From: the human T2T-CHM13v2.0 reference genome, Homo sapiens
Reading direction: 5' to 3' (one strand)
NCBI RefSeq assembly: GCF_009914755.1
Contig: NC_060933.1
Length of the DNA stretch: 64,000 nt
Part shown: piece by piece, positions 16,431 through 42,427 of the stretch
Layout: every line of letters begins with the position of its first letter
Numbering within the stretch: position 1 is the first letter of the stretch
Position numbers and translations under genes: made by a program
Notes under the pieces: model-generated
The model's input: the letters and a program-made list of their open reading frames with translations, nothing else
What the model was told of the DNA's origin: nothing
The model's database searches: none

Positions 16431-16600
16431 GCGCATGCTCAGCAGTCTTCATGGCCTGAAGGTTGCCAGTAATCAACATGGCGCTTTGCCAAACACGCTC
16501 CCGTTTCAGCGGCTTAGGCTGGGCGCCAGTATGGCGGCGCCCATGTAGACACTCTGGCCTGTGGGCGGCCATGTTGAGGTCATGTAGAGACTGAGAGGCT
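16335..16600 (-). promoter_or_regulatory. CpG-rich TATA-less promoter with YY1, NRF1-like, ETS and ZNF143-like motifs
   Basis: caacatggcg 16474, atggcggc 16531, gcggccatgttg 16565 (YY1-like); tgcgcatgctca 16430; cacttcc ~16369; gactatagtcgcaagaac 16340. Confidence 0.7.
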
Positions 16601-18194
16601 GAGGGTTGTCCAAAGGAAAGGAAGCAAGCAGAGGTGTGTCCCATCATACTAAGCCAGGACACAATCAAAGCCTATCACCTCAGGTTACAGTCTTTCTCCA
16701 ATGCTTCTGTGGACACAACAACACTGTTAATCAACAGGAACTAATCAGCATTTATGTAACACCGCAAACGCAGCCGAATACACATTTTATTCGTGTCGAT
16801 GGGACATTTAGCAAGATATGAAGTAACCTGGGTCATAAAACAAATCTCAGCAAATTTGAAACAACTGAAATCATACAGTTTGTTCTCTGAACACAATAGA
16901 ATTAAACTAGAAATCAATAACAGGAAGATAAAAGGAAAATCTCCAAACACGTGAAAACACATGCTAAATAATCCATTGTTCAGAGAGAAAGTCTCAAATT
17001 TTTAAAATACATTGAAATGAATGAAAGTGAAAGTGAATGAATTTTTAAAATACATTGAAATGAATGACAGTGAAACACAACATATCAAAATTTGTGGGAT
17101 GTGGCTAAATCAGTGGTGAGAGAAAAATGTATATACCACTAAGGGCTTACATTAGAAAAGAAAAAAATTTCAAAGCAATAACCAAGCTCCCTCACATACT
17201 AGAAAAAGAAGAGCAAAATAAACCGAAGGCAAGTGAAAGAAAGGAAATAATAAGGATAAGAAGATGACTCAATAAAATGTAAAAAGAAAAATAGAGAAAA
17301 ACCGATTAAACAAAAGCTGGTTCTGTAAATGTTAATAAAATCGACAAATCTGTAGAGGAGACACAAAATATCAATATCCAGAATGAAACAGGAGATACCA
17401 CTGTAGACCATGACGAAATCAAAAGAATAAAGAGAATACTACAAACAACTCTACAAACATAAATTTCACAACATAGATGAAATGCACTAATTCTTGAAAA
17501 AGCACAAATTCTCTCTTACATGAAATAGTTATGTTGAATAGCCCTAGAACTGAAGTCATAATTTGAAATATCTGAAAAAGAAATCTTAAGGCCTGGATAG
17601 CTAGATCAGAGAATTCTAACAAACATTTAAAGGTTAACACGAATTATATCCAGTCTCTTCCAGAATAAAAAAAGAATAGAAAGAAGACAATAGAAAGATA
17701 TTCCAACTCATGAGGCCAGTGTTACTCTGATATCAGAGCTAAAGACAGAAGAAGAAGAAATCAGTATTCTTCATGAATATAGATGGAAAAATTCTCAACC
17801 AAATAATAGCAAAAATAATTCAACAATATATAAAAATAACTACAAACCATGAACAAGTGATATTTATTCCAGGAATAAAAAGCTGTTTTGGTATTCAAAA
17901 ATCAATTTGTGTAACCCCCCACATTAGCAAGCTAAAGATAAGCATATTACATGATTATATCAATGCAGGAAAAGAATTTGAGAAAATTCAACACCCATTT
18001 ATAATGAAAAAAAAACTTTCAGGAATTAGGAACAGAGGTAAACTTTCTAACTTTTAAGTTAGAAAAAAATCTACAGCTAATGTCAAACTAAAAGATGAAA
18101 AAGACTGAATGCTTTCCTGTTCAGTTTGGGAAGAAGGAAAATATGTCTGTGCTCATCATTTTTATTCTACACAGTTCTGGAAGACCCAGTCAGC

Positions 18195-18680
18195 TGACAA
18201 AAATTCTCTCCATAACCAGACTCTAGCCATGCTCCTTTGAACTCTCTTGTCAACTAAACCCTGGCTTTTGGGCTTTTGTGTTGTCTGTGAATTGCCCAAT
18301 ATTAGTAAGAATCCTAGCAAGGCAATTTAGTCAGAATCCTCCATCTTCGTATCTGATCACCATTGATATCTAATTGGTTTTCTTATTGTCTACTATCCCC
18401 AGGTGATATCTGATCACTCTGGCATGGCTTCAGCAAGAATTCTGTGAGGTCAGTTTAGCCAGATTCCCTCCTATTAGTAATTTTCCGTACACTACCACCC
18501 CTCCACCCTGCTCTGTGGCTATAAAATTTCTATTCAGAGGGAAACCTGAATATATGGAAACTGGAGATTACTGCAAGACCCTATTGCAGTAATCTCTATA
18601 TCTATTGCAATAATCCCTCTGAATAAAGTTTGTCTTACTATTTTTTAACAGGTGTCACGAATAGTTTTTTCTATGATACA
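18195..18680 (+). mobile_element. ERV1 solo LTR (MER31-like)
   Basis: TG...CA ends, repeated atctgatcac and tttagtcagaatcc motifs, TATA-like ctataaaa and aataaa. Confidence 0.6.
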
Positions 18681-18977
18681 GCTCAACAAAACAAGTCTGA
18701 AATAGAAGAATAAAGTGGGAGGAATTATTCTACCCAATTTTTTAACTTTTTACGTAGCTACAGAAATCAAGACAGTGTGGTATTGGCAGGGGTATAGACA
18801 GTTCAATAAAACAGAATTGAGAACTCAGAAATATTTCCATACAAGTACAACCAACTGACTTTTGAAAAAGATGCAATATCAATTCAATGGTACAGTGGTT
18901 CTGGAGCAGTTAGATACCATAGACAAAACAATGAACCTCAATCTAACCTCATGTCTTTATTTAAAAAAAAAAGGATC

Positions 18978-19391
<414 letters not shown>

Positions 19392-19726
19392 TTATTAATT
19401 GGATGTTATCAAAATTTAAAACTTTTGCCCTGCATAAGAGCCTGTTAATAAAAAGACAAGGTAAAAACTGGGAGAAAACTGCAAACCACACCTGATAAAC
19501 CATATCTGACAAAGAGGTCATATCTAGAATATTGTTTAAAGTTTTCAAAAGTCAACAACAACAACAAGGAAAAACAATCCAATTAGAAAATGGGCTAAAG
19601 GCATGAACAGATATTTCACTGAACAGGATATATTGATGGAAAATGAGAAAATAAAATAACTTTTATCAGAGGAATGTCAGTCCTTTTAAATTATCAAGCC
19701 CAGAGAGACGTTAAAATAAGACAGCA

Positions 19727-20054
<328 letters not shown>

Positions 20055-20142
20055 TTAAAATAAACACATAAGTACATAAATAGAATTTAAAAAAATCTTA
20101 ATTGTATGTGGGTAGGTCCCTTTGATTGAAAGTGAGATAGAA

Positions 20143-20494
<352 letters not shown>

Positions 20495-20923
20495 TCAAAA
20501 TTTGCAAAACTAAATAAGAGTAAAAGAACTTTACATTTTGTCCCTGGATTGATATAAGACAAAAACATTGTGTGGGAAAGCTGGAGTTGAGGACAAATGA
20601 GATTCTGAGAATAAAAATCCCTGGTACATAGCCAAAATTTCAGAGTCAACTTCAGATTTTCAAGGGCCATAAAATAGGTAACCTCAAGCCACCAACTCCA
20701 ACAGATAAAAGGAACCAGGTAATATGTGTTCCAGGGAGAAAGAATAGAAAATTGGCTGAGTTCTATCACTGACAAAACTTAGCGGGAAGGAGAGATCTGG
20801 AAGGTGGGAAGGTGGAGGGATCCCCGGCTTGGGGGGTGGGGAGGGGCTGTGCTTCGGTCTCCCCCTCCTACTGCCCCTCCCCAACAAAGGAGCCCTTTGT
20901 GATGTGAAGGCCCAGCTCTGTGA

Positions 20924-21247
<324 letters not shown>

Positions 21248-21461
21248 TAGTTCCACTTTTCCAAATCCAGTGGAGGGACTTCTGCGATGGGAAGTCTCAG
21301 GAGAGACCGGAACATCATGCTTCCAGGGAGAGGCAGGGCAGCCAGGGGTTGGTAGGGGTAGATTGTGTACAGGGATTTCCATCCCAAGCCCTCAGTCCAT
21401 CTGTTGGGGAGCGCAGGAGGCGTGAAGGCAAAATCAAACCCGTGGGCTCAGCGGCCAGGAA

Positions 21462-21511
21462 TGGTCATGAGACGGGGGAGGTCTCTGGTCATGAGACAGG
21501 GGAGGTCTCTG
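21462..21511. repeat. 24-bp tandem duplication in SPATA31-like intron 1
   Basis: tggtcatgagac(g/a)ggggaggtctc x2. Confidence 0.9.
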
Positions 21512-21809
21512 TCCGAGGCCAGGCCCTAAGCCCTGGCTCATCAGCCCCTTCCTGGGGCAGGTGGCTTGGGGCCCAACCTCCTCTGTGTGGGGTGATATGG
21601 GGCCTGTGCTGGGCCCCCAAGGGCCTCCCACCGGGGCCTGGCATCTCCTCTTGTCTCCTGGGAAGCAGAATCCTACCTGACAGCTCAGTGGTGCCTGTGG
21701 GCCTGAGCCTGGGTGTTCCAGGAGCAGAGGAACAGGGACTGATGGCGTCCATGGTGGACCTCATATTGAAAATCCCTCTGTGTGTGTCTGTGTGTGTGTG
21801 TGTGTTATT

Positions 21810-22118
21810 TTTATTTATTTTATTTTATTTTATTTTTTGAGATGGAGTCTCACTCTGTTGCGCAGGCTGCAGTGAAATGGAGCGATATCTGCTCACTGCA
21901 ACCTTTGCTTCCAGAGTTCAAGCTATTCTCCTGTCTTAGCGTCCTGAGTAGCTGGGGATTACAGGTGCCCGCCACCACACCTGGCTAGTTTTTGTATTTT
22001 TAGTAGAGACAGGGTTCCACCATGGCCAGGCTGGTCTCAAACTCCTGACCTCAGGTGATCCACCCACCTCGGCCTCACAAAGTGCTCGGATTATAGGCAT
22101 GAGCCACCGTGCCTGGCC
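21810..22118 (-). mobile_element. AluS element preceded by (TG)n
   Basis: Antisense dimeric Alu with (TTTTA)n tail. Confidence 0.9.
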
Positions 22119-22138
22119 CCCTCTTCCTGTTTTTCTAA

Positions 22139-22402
<264 letters not shown>

Positions 22403-23166
22403 TAAGGCTCTGCCAGGGCACACTAGAGTTAATTTGATCTCGTCTGTCCCTGAGGGAACTGACTCTGAAGAAGTCAGTTGAAGAAGCCTGAGGTGGGGGC
22501 TCCTAGGAAGGAAATCAGAACCCCGGGTCCTTCTCAGATTCCATGCCGGAATGAAGCCATGGTGGGCCAGGGACTGAGCGTTACCCAGCAGGGGGCAGTG
22601 TGTGTGTTCTGGGGAGACCAATGCCTGCCTGGATGCGGAGGGGGTTGAGGGGGCCTCCCGCTCCCTGGGAACAGCTGTTCAACTCTGCTAAGGCTGATTC
22701 CTCTTTGAGACCACCCCAGTCCTTTCTCCACACAGGGCAGTTGTGAGGACTATGGGGGTGGGGGGCCTGTTTGTGGAAGCCCTTTGTGAATGACAAAGCC
22801 CTGTCCTCCATGCCTTGCTATTACCATCGGGGCCATGTGGCTTTGGACACAGATGGGTGGGTTCCAGGGTCTAATTCCCCATGGTCTTCCCTGAAGAAAC
22901 ATACACTCAGCCTCCTGTGAGATCCCAGGCCCCTCCCTCACTGCCCTAACCCGGTCTGATTTCCAGCTTGTAGAGAGTGCCTGAGAGGCCTGGAGGAGAC
23001 TTGGGACCTGCTTTCACAACTGCAGAGGTGAGGCACTTCCCCTTCCCTGCATCCTTCCTACCAGGGCTGGGATGCGACCTCAGGGCCATAGGCAGCCTGG
23101 AGCTGACCTGGGATGGGGAGACCAGGGGGACAGAGGATGAGAGTAAAGGCCTGGGGCAAGGGGTAG

Positions 23167-23445
<279 letters not shown>

Positions 23446-23448
23446 TGA

Positions 23449-24130
<682 letters not shown>

Positions 24131-24133
24131 TAG

Positions 24134-24597
<464 letters not shown>

Positions 24598-24600
24598 TAA

Positions 24601-26512
<1,912 letters not shown>

Positions 26513-26515
26513 TGA

Positions 26516-31701
<5,186 letters not shown>

Positions 31702-31799
31702 TCAATCTTTGAATATAAAGACATCCACAGCAGGCTTTATCCAGCCAGCTTCTTTGAGACTCTTCACAGGGTTTGAGGTCTACAGCATATATACTAAAA

Positions 31800-32906
31800 T
31801 ATTCATCCTTCAAAAAGCAATAAAATAAGTGGTATCATTCTTCCAAAAGTTACAATGGTAGTGTAGGCATTCATAGCATGATTTAGTTCATGTTTGCTAC
31901 TCTTTCTATTCTATCACCATATTAACTGTTTCCTACACAATTCTACATTCAGCTGAGTTTCAGTTGAGAGCAAAACCATCCTTGTCCTACCACCAATAGC
32001 TAGCACTAGCTCTTTGCTAGTGTTATTATTCTGCTGCAGAAAGTATCCTTGAACTGGAAATAGTCCACAGGGGAGTATCTATTCATTCAACACTATCAAT
32101 TCCTGGGTGACTTTTTGAAAAAATAGTATCTCTAGTTGCAAGAAATCCTGCATCTGTGAGTTCATATCTCTCACTCAAATTGGATGGAAGTGGTGAATTT
32201 CAGCCAAAGTGTCCCAAAAAATCCTGTTCCTGTGATTCTGACGTTATCAGCCTCTGCACCTCTGTCCTCCCTTCTGCCACATGTTGCCTACTCTCCATGA
32301 CTTTGGTAAGAGCTTCCTTGTGTATGTGGATGATGTCCAGGATGTTGGTCTGGTGTCCCTGAGACAGCACTAACAGGTCCATGACTGAGTCCACTTCCTG
32401 GCTGGGTTCATTGGCAAAGAGCTCACAGACGGTGTTGAAGGCATCTCTGGTGAAGTGATGGCCTGTTCCAGATCCAAGACCTGGCTAAGGCGGAAGAAGA
32501 ACTGGCTGCCTTCTGCTGCTCTTTCTTAAAGCCTCTGACCATCATCAACTTGCATGTCAACTCATTGGCTGTGAAGTTGAGCTGAGTGCCCTGTTGTCCA
32601 TCTTCTTGATGAAGCACTCGAAGCCTTCAATTTTGCTCTCCCACTTCTAAAGGTTGAGGGCCACCCTGGGGGTGGGCTCAGAGTCAGGAAGAAGCTGGAA
32701 CTCACCACCTCATCCTTCTCAGCCTTCCTCTTGCCCTGTCTCCAGGCTGTCTTTTCAGCGCTGGTGGGGCACATCAGGAAGTGACAGAAGATGTGGCACT
32801 GTGCCTGCACCCAGAAGCTGGCCGTGTGGTTCATCCACCAGATTGGGCCCTTTCTGCACTTGAACATAGAGTCCTCCTCAAGATGGCCTGTGGTCTGCCT
32901 CTTGGC
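31800..32906 (-). pseudogene. Processed sorting nexin 18 pseudogene fragment (PX end, BAR domain, 3'UTR); SNX18P family
   Basis: [82 protein letters not shown] and TLAEIHHFH match SNX18; no intron at the K-G/A-L-T-K junction; frameshifts and stops; coding end ~32085. Confidence 0.88.
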
Positions 32907-33040
32907 ACCCAAGAAGCCCACAGTGCTGTAGGAGCCCTGATGCATGGACTGGAACCCCAAAGGCAGCGCACACCCTGCTCCTGAGCCTGCTGCTCATTTC
33001 CTCTATGTGGCTCCATTTGTAGCACAGTTGTTGCACTGAG

Positions 33041-33381
33041 GCCTGTGCATGCCAGGCAAGGCCAAGCTGGCTCAAAGAACAAACAGCCACCTCTGCAAGG
33101 GTGTGCCAGGAGCAGGTGGACCAGCCACGAACCTCACTCGCTGCCAGTCAGGGTAAATTAGTTATTCTGCCCTGGAGGTAGGTCCCCAGTGCCATCTGCT
33201 TTTCCTTAGGCCTCCTCTCCATCAGTCATCAGGTGGCAGCCACTCAGGCTGTGGGAACCTGGCCACCCCTGTTTCCTTGAGTGGGTGAGGCTCGTGGCTG
33301 GTCCACCTGCTCCAGGCACACCCTTGCAGAGGTGGCTTGTTGCTCTTTGAGCCAGCATGGCCTTGCCTGGCATGCACAGGC
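33041..33381. repeat. Inverted repeat, ~100-bp arms with ~137-bp spacer
   Basis: 33041-33142 is the reverse complement of 33280-33381, about 8 differences by eye. Confidence 0.95.
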
Positions 33382-33878
33382 TCTGGGTACTGACATGCTG
33401 CTCTGAGCGAGCTTGTCCTGTCTTGGGCCAAATTCTAAGTCTGGCCAGAGCCACAGAAGGCTGAGTCCCCTGGGTGGTAATCCTGACTGCTGCTGGAGGG
33501 CCCATGGTGCCCCTCCCCTCCTAGGGCCCAGGATGAGGCCCAGCTGGGCCAGGACACTTTAGGTATGGATCTTGTTTCCCAGGAGGGGGCCTCTGTCCCA
33601 CAGGTTGGGTGAGAAGATGTATGCCATGCTGCTGGCTGCCAGGGTTGTCAGGATGCCACGTTCACCCTCCCCTCCAGGGACATCAAAGTTTCCAGCTTCC
33701 CCTTTGAGAATGACTTCCCAAGGCCCAGGAGCCATGTGGGGCTGCCGGGCAGCTGGCCACATGCTGCCCTGGCTTCTTCCATGTTGTGTTCATCACTACC
33801 CACCAAGGGGGGTCAGATGCAGGCACCAAGTAGGGCAGTTGTCTCTGGACCTGCATCTTGGTTATCATGAAGCCAGAC

Positions 33879-33934
33879 TGGGCCTGGTGACAGGGCCATG
33901 ATGGGGTGGGCCTGGTGACAGGGCCATGATGGGG
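33879..33934. repeat. Perfect 28-bp tandem duplication
   Basis: tgggcctggtgacagggccatgatgggg x2. Confidence 0.95.
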
Positions 33935-34804
33935 TTGTCCTGGTGGTCCTGTGGGTGTCCAGAGGAGATGCAGAATGGAATTGCTGCCAGGATGAATCAG
34001 ATGACTGTCAGCACAGAACAGGCACCTGGTGAGTGCTCAGGGTTTACCCTCAGTAGCTGCCCAGAGGCCAAAACCACCCACCTGATAGCGACTGTCCCTA
34101 AACCAGGAGGAAGAGAAGACAGCAGGTTCCACTCACTTAAGTCTGATCAGTGAGCTGTGCTGAGATGTGCCTCTCACCTAGAAAACGGTCCTTCATGCAG
34201 AGCCACTCACAGACACTGCTGTGTGTCTCTAACTGCTCCACAACACAAAGGCGATGGGGGCTCAGCAACAGTGACATCGTGGGGTGACACAATGCACCAC
34301 AACAGGAGCCTGCTTGGGTCAAGAGGGCCCAGAATCAGTATCCTGTATCCCCTGAACTCACATGTGTGCATGCAATGTGTTTATGCATGCATGTGTGTAT
34401 GTGTGTGTGTATGCACATATGGGTGTGTTTGTCTTGCTTCTCTGGCCTGACCTAGCTGCTCACTCACAGGTGCACCCAGGTCCTCATCACTATCACCACC
34501 AGGGCCCAGGGCCAGGATTAGAGCCTCCACAGGTGCTTCCCCAATCTCTGCCCTCCCCACAGGGGGTGGTCCTGGGGATGCAGACAGAGGAGGGGCGCTG
34601 AGCAGAGCAGAGAGGGCTGGCACCCTCTCCAGGTGGAACCCAGGTCATGTGTAAAGTTGGAGGTCTGCCAAGCAGTGCTGGATTCAACACATCTTCTCAC
34701 TTTCCCTTTCCAGCAACCCTCCAGGGTGCCCTGACTCACCTTCCCTACAGATGGAGGCAGGGAGGCTCCACAGACAAACCCCCTGCCTAAGGTCACATAG
34801 CAGC

Positions 34805-35390
34805 CAACTGGCCAGGTTCCTACTGACCAGGCATCCCCCAACCAGGTCCCACTGACAAGGCCCCTAATGACCACTCCTCCATTGACCAGGTCCCACTGGC
34901 CAAGTCCCCACTGACCATATCTCCATAACCAGGAAGAGGCCCCTATTAATAGGCCTCATGGACCAGACCCCACTGACTGGGTTCCCACTGACAAGACCAC
35001 AATTTACCAGGTTGCCCCTCACCTCACCCCCACTGAACAATTCTCCATGGATCAGTCCCCAGCTGACTGAGCCCCCTCTGACCAGGCCATCACTGACCAG
35101 GCTCCAAGCCACTAAGGCCCCACACTGACCAGACCCCTAATATACTGAATAGACCCCACCGACCAGTTTTTTATTGTTTATGTTCCAACCGATCAGGCCC
35201 CACTAATAAGGCCACCACTGACCAGGTCCCCACTGACTAGGCTTCCAATGACTAGGTCACCAGGTCCCCATTGGTGAGGCCTTCACTGAGGAGGCCACCC
35301 TCTAGCCAGGTCCCTGCTGATCAAGTCCCAACTGACCAGGTCCTGCTAACTAGGTCATCTCTGACCATGGTCCACTGATGAGGCCCCTGT
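34805..35390. repeat. Degenerate 15-16-bp minisatellite, consensus about ccactgaccaggtccc
   Basis: Dozens of cactgaccagg-like units. Confidence 0.9.
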
Positions 35391-36399
35391 GCAGCGGTGC
35401 TCAACGTCTCATTACAATGCCCCAATCAGCCCACAGACCCTCCCTCCCTGCATGTGTGCCCAGAGATCAGGCCCTGGGGGTTTTCTTGGGCCCCAAGGCC
35501 TCTCCTCCAAGACACAGGGAGGGACAGTCAGCCTCAGGCTTCAGGTACCCAGCTTCACACTCACCCCCCAAGGCCCTCTGGGCCCATCTCAAAGGAGACA
35601 ATGAGGTGGCCTGGCACTGCCTGGACATGCCATCTACCCTATTCCTGAGTGTCAGAGTGGGAGGAAGGGAGGGACATTTGGTAGACGAGACACCCTGTGC
35701 TGCTGGGTCTCCCAGGGCCCTTCCCGCAGAGCCCCGATCCAGAGACACAGCACAGAGGCTGCAGGGAAACTAATCCAGAACCCTTGAGGCTGAGCCAGGG
35801 ACCACAAGAGGACTGTCCCCAGACAGCTAGAAGGCCCTTTGCTAGTTTCTTGGTACCTCAGTGGATGCAGCAACAGTTCTTCTGTTGGGGACTAGTGAGT
35901 GTGTGCTGGGGAAGGCTCACCTCTGCTTCCTCGGTGGTTCCAACTCTGCTTCTAAGAAAAATTACTCATTCTAGGACTGGGACAGAGAAAATACAAGATT
36001 AGTTTAGAACATCTTGTGCCAGAAAGTAAAAAGGTGCTGACAAGAGTAACAGAGACAAATAAAAAAGACATAAAGTCAGACACAAAGAAATGTCTACCAC
36101 TGGCCTGATCTTGGGGAATTGGAGCACCAGAATCATGAGCTTTCCCTTCTCCTTTATTTATTGGTTTTATTTCTCCATGTAGAACAAAGAAGAGAATATG
36201 AAAATAATCATCTGGCAACCATCACAGTAATACTTGTTCAAAGACAAGATATCAATGAAATGCTAAATCTAGTGGGTTTTTAGGAGTAACCAGATATTTA
36301 CAGAGCCTCAAAGTATCTCCACACAAAATACGGTTAACCTACAAAAAGAAATTCATAACATTAGTATGGACAAACCTGGCAGGTACTCCTTAAGTATCC

Positions 36400-38056
36400 T
36401 ACTATATATAGTAATAAAACCTGCAAAATGCAAAGAAGCCTTCGACGACCTTTACTAAAGTATCAAGGATGACTTGGTTGTTTGGCTTATTAAACAGCTG
36501 ACATTCGGGCAATTTGAGTATGTCAAACTCCATAATACTGGTGTTCATTTGCAAGATCCACTTAAAACTTAAGGAGGCTAAAAAACATCATTTAAAATAC
36601 CATATAAATTTTCATCATACATATGATATGAAAATATTCTACTTTAGTAAAGATTGTGATGTTATATATTTTATAAGAAATAATTAAAACTTCATGTAAA
36701 TAGCCCAGTAATAAAGTTTTATGACCTTTTAAATCACACAACTTTTCCTTAAGATTTTATGGTTAAATATTCTCTTTATTAGATGTGGCTTACCAGTGGA
36801 TTCTAGAGAAGAAAGTAGACAGGAGCAAGTGCCCAACACAGCAAAAGCTGGAAAGAAAAAGAAAGGATTATGTTCTCTACCCAAAACATTTCAGTTAACT
36901 AAGTGTGAGTTTAAAATCTAAAGAGAACGTTATCAGAGTTATTAAGAATGAGAAATATGTACGTACAATTACAATACAAAATTACTATTAAATAATTAAC
37001 ACATGGCATTAATTCTAATTGTGGTTAAATATCGCAGCTTTTTCATTCTTCATTCGCGTACTCAACACCCACGTGCTAAGGCACTAGGATCAGTACTGGA
37101 ATTACAAGATGAAGATGGCATTGTCCACCTCTCAACAGTCATATGCTATAACCTAAAACAACAGACAGGCAGGCAATGTCTATATAGAGTCATAGACACT
37201 ATGACAGGTATAAAGCAGGGCACTACTGGAACACACAGAAGGGACATCTCTCCCACTTTTGTGTCAATATCATGGGCTTTGTGGTGGAGGAGATACATAG
37301 GTTGATACCTGAAGGACAAAGAAAAGCTTGCCAGATAGAGAGACGAGGCGAAGGCAAAGAACCTGAGGTGAGGAAGAGCCCTACAGAGTTCTACTCCATC
37401 CACTTTTGTGCTAGAGCAAAGGGCAGAGTGAGGTAAGTGGCAAGAGATAAGGCTGAGTAACTTGACAAGAATTACATTGACATGGGTGTTTTTATTTCAT
37501 GGTGAAAATTTTGGAACTTTTCCTGAGAACAGATGTAAGCCAATGACACAGTAAATGACAGGAGATTTAAAATGTCACCTGTCAAGTGACTGCTTATGAA
37601 GGGTTATTCCTCAACTAAATATTTCTAAATGAGTCTGAGGTCTGTTGGCCTTCAATCTCTACCAAAACCCAGAGAACTTGATGATGCCTTTGTTTTCAGA
37701 GAATCCTTCCAGTGTGCTGGCTGACAGTTCCATGAGGATGGCAAAAGTGAAGAAATTGTAGCGCCAGTAAAAAAGAGATGGATACACTTCTTGGGAATTT
37801 TTTAAGCTATGGGACATGATGAATTAATGGTGCATGAGTATACTCTTCACTGTGAAAGTTTTTGTTTTCACATCTTTCATTAGATGTGTGTAAGAAAAAG
37901 ATACTGAACGTAGTATCTACTAACCCAATAATGAAAAGGAATGCCATTTGCTATTTACACTTTATTACTAAAATAAACCTAAATTTAATTAATAAATTTT
38001 GGAAACATACTTTTCTTTGTTTCTGTAATTATTTGTTCTACACAGTCTGGCTCCAT
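36400..38056 (-). pseudogene. Orphan 3'-terminal exons of an ANKRD18B/ANKRD26-family gene
   Basis: 37985-38056 reads ttttag|MEPDCVEQIITETKKSMFPKFIN*, close to the ANKRD18B C-terminus as I recall it (MELDCVEQIIRETKRSMLPKFIN); internal donor gtatgt at 38010; 54-nt phase-1 exon 36794-36847 with strong splice sites; further acceptor before 36577; AATAAA near 37490. Confidence 0.75.
37060..37500 (-). mobile_element. L2 fragment
   Basis: ttcattc...actcaacacccacgtgctaaggcactagg is an L2 3'-end antisense signature. Confidence 0.5.
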
Positions 38057-38357
38057 CTAAAATACATTAAAAAAATAATGTTCAAGTTAAACAAGAGACA
38101 TTATCATGAGAATAATACACCACTTACAAAATGTGGCCTTTAGTATTTTTAGGGACTAGACATAACATGAAGTTTGCTTAAAAACAAAAATAATCACATA
38201 AATAAAGTAAAATTCCTACTTATTTTAAGTTTAGATAATAGAGGATGTATCTGTGTAATGCTATTTAGAGTAATCTGATAAAAATAGATAATATTGGTCC
38301 ATTGGATATACATAATTTTAGAAAAGTGGTGTTTTATTGGTACAAAGGTTAAACAAT

Positions 38358-38495
38358 GGCTGGGCACAGTGGCTCATGCCTGTAATCCCATGACTTTGGG
38401 AGGCCAAGGTGGGCAGATCATGAGTTCAAGAGATCAAGACCATCCTGACCAACATGGTGAAACCTTGACTCTACTAAAACTACAAAAATTAGCTA
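38358..38495 (+). mobile_element. Alu left arm truncated at the linker
   Basis: Left monomer up to tacaaaaattagc then an abrupt switch to L1 sequence. Confidence 0.9.
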
Positions 38496-38551
38496 ATTTT
38501 CAGTCCCCAGAGTGTGATGTTTCCCTTCCTGTGTCCATGTGTTCTCAATGT

Positions 38552-42364
<3,813 letters not shown>

Positions 42365-42427
42365 TATGATGTTAGCTGGTTATTTTGCTCATTAGTTGAC
42401 GCAGTTTCTTCCTAGCCTCGATGGTCT

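Noticed and set aside
20837-20883. 11-bp GC-rich inverted repeat and G-runs upstream of the SPATA31-like start
   Set aside because: Low-complexity arms make a chance match likely.
32907-34800. Continuation of SNX18 5' coding sequence or another gene fragment
   Set aside because: GC-rich, but I could not align any frame convincingly; needs BLAST.
34805-35390. CRISPR-like array
   Set aside because: Units are contiguous and degenerate with no unique spacers or cas genes, and the context is eukaryotic.
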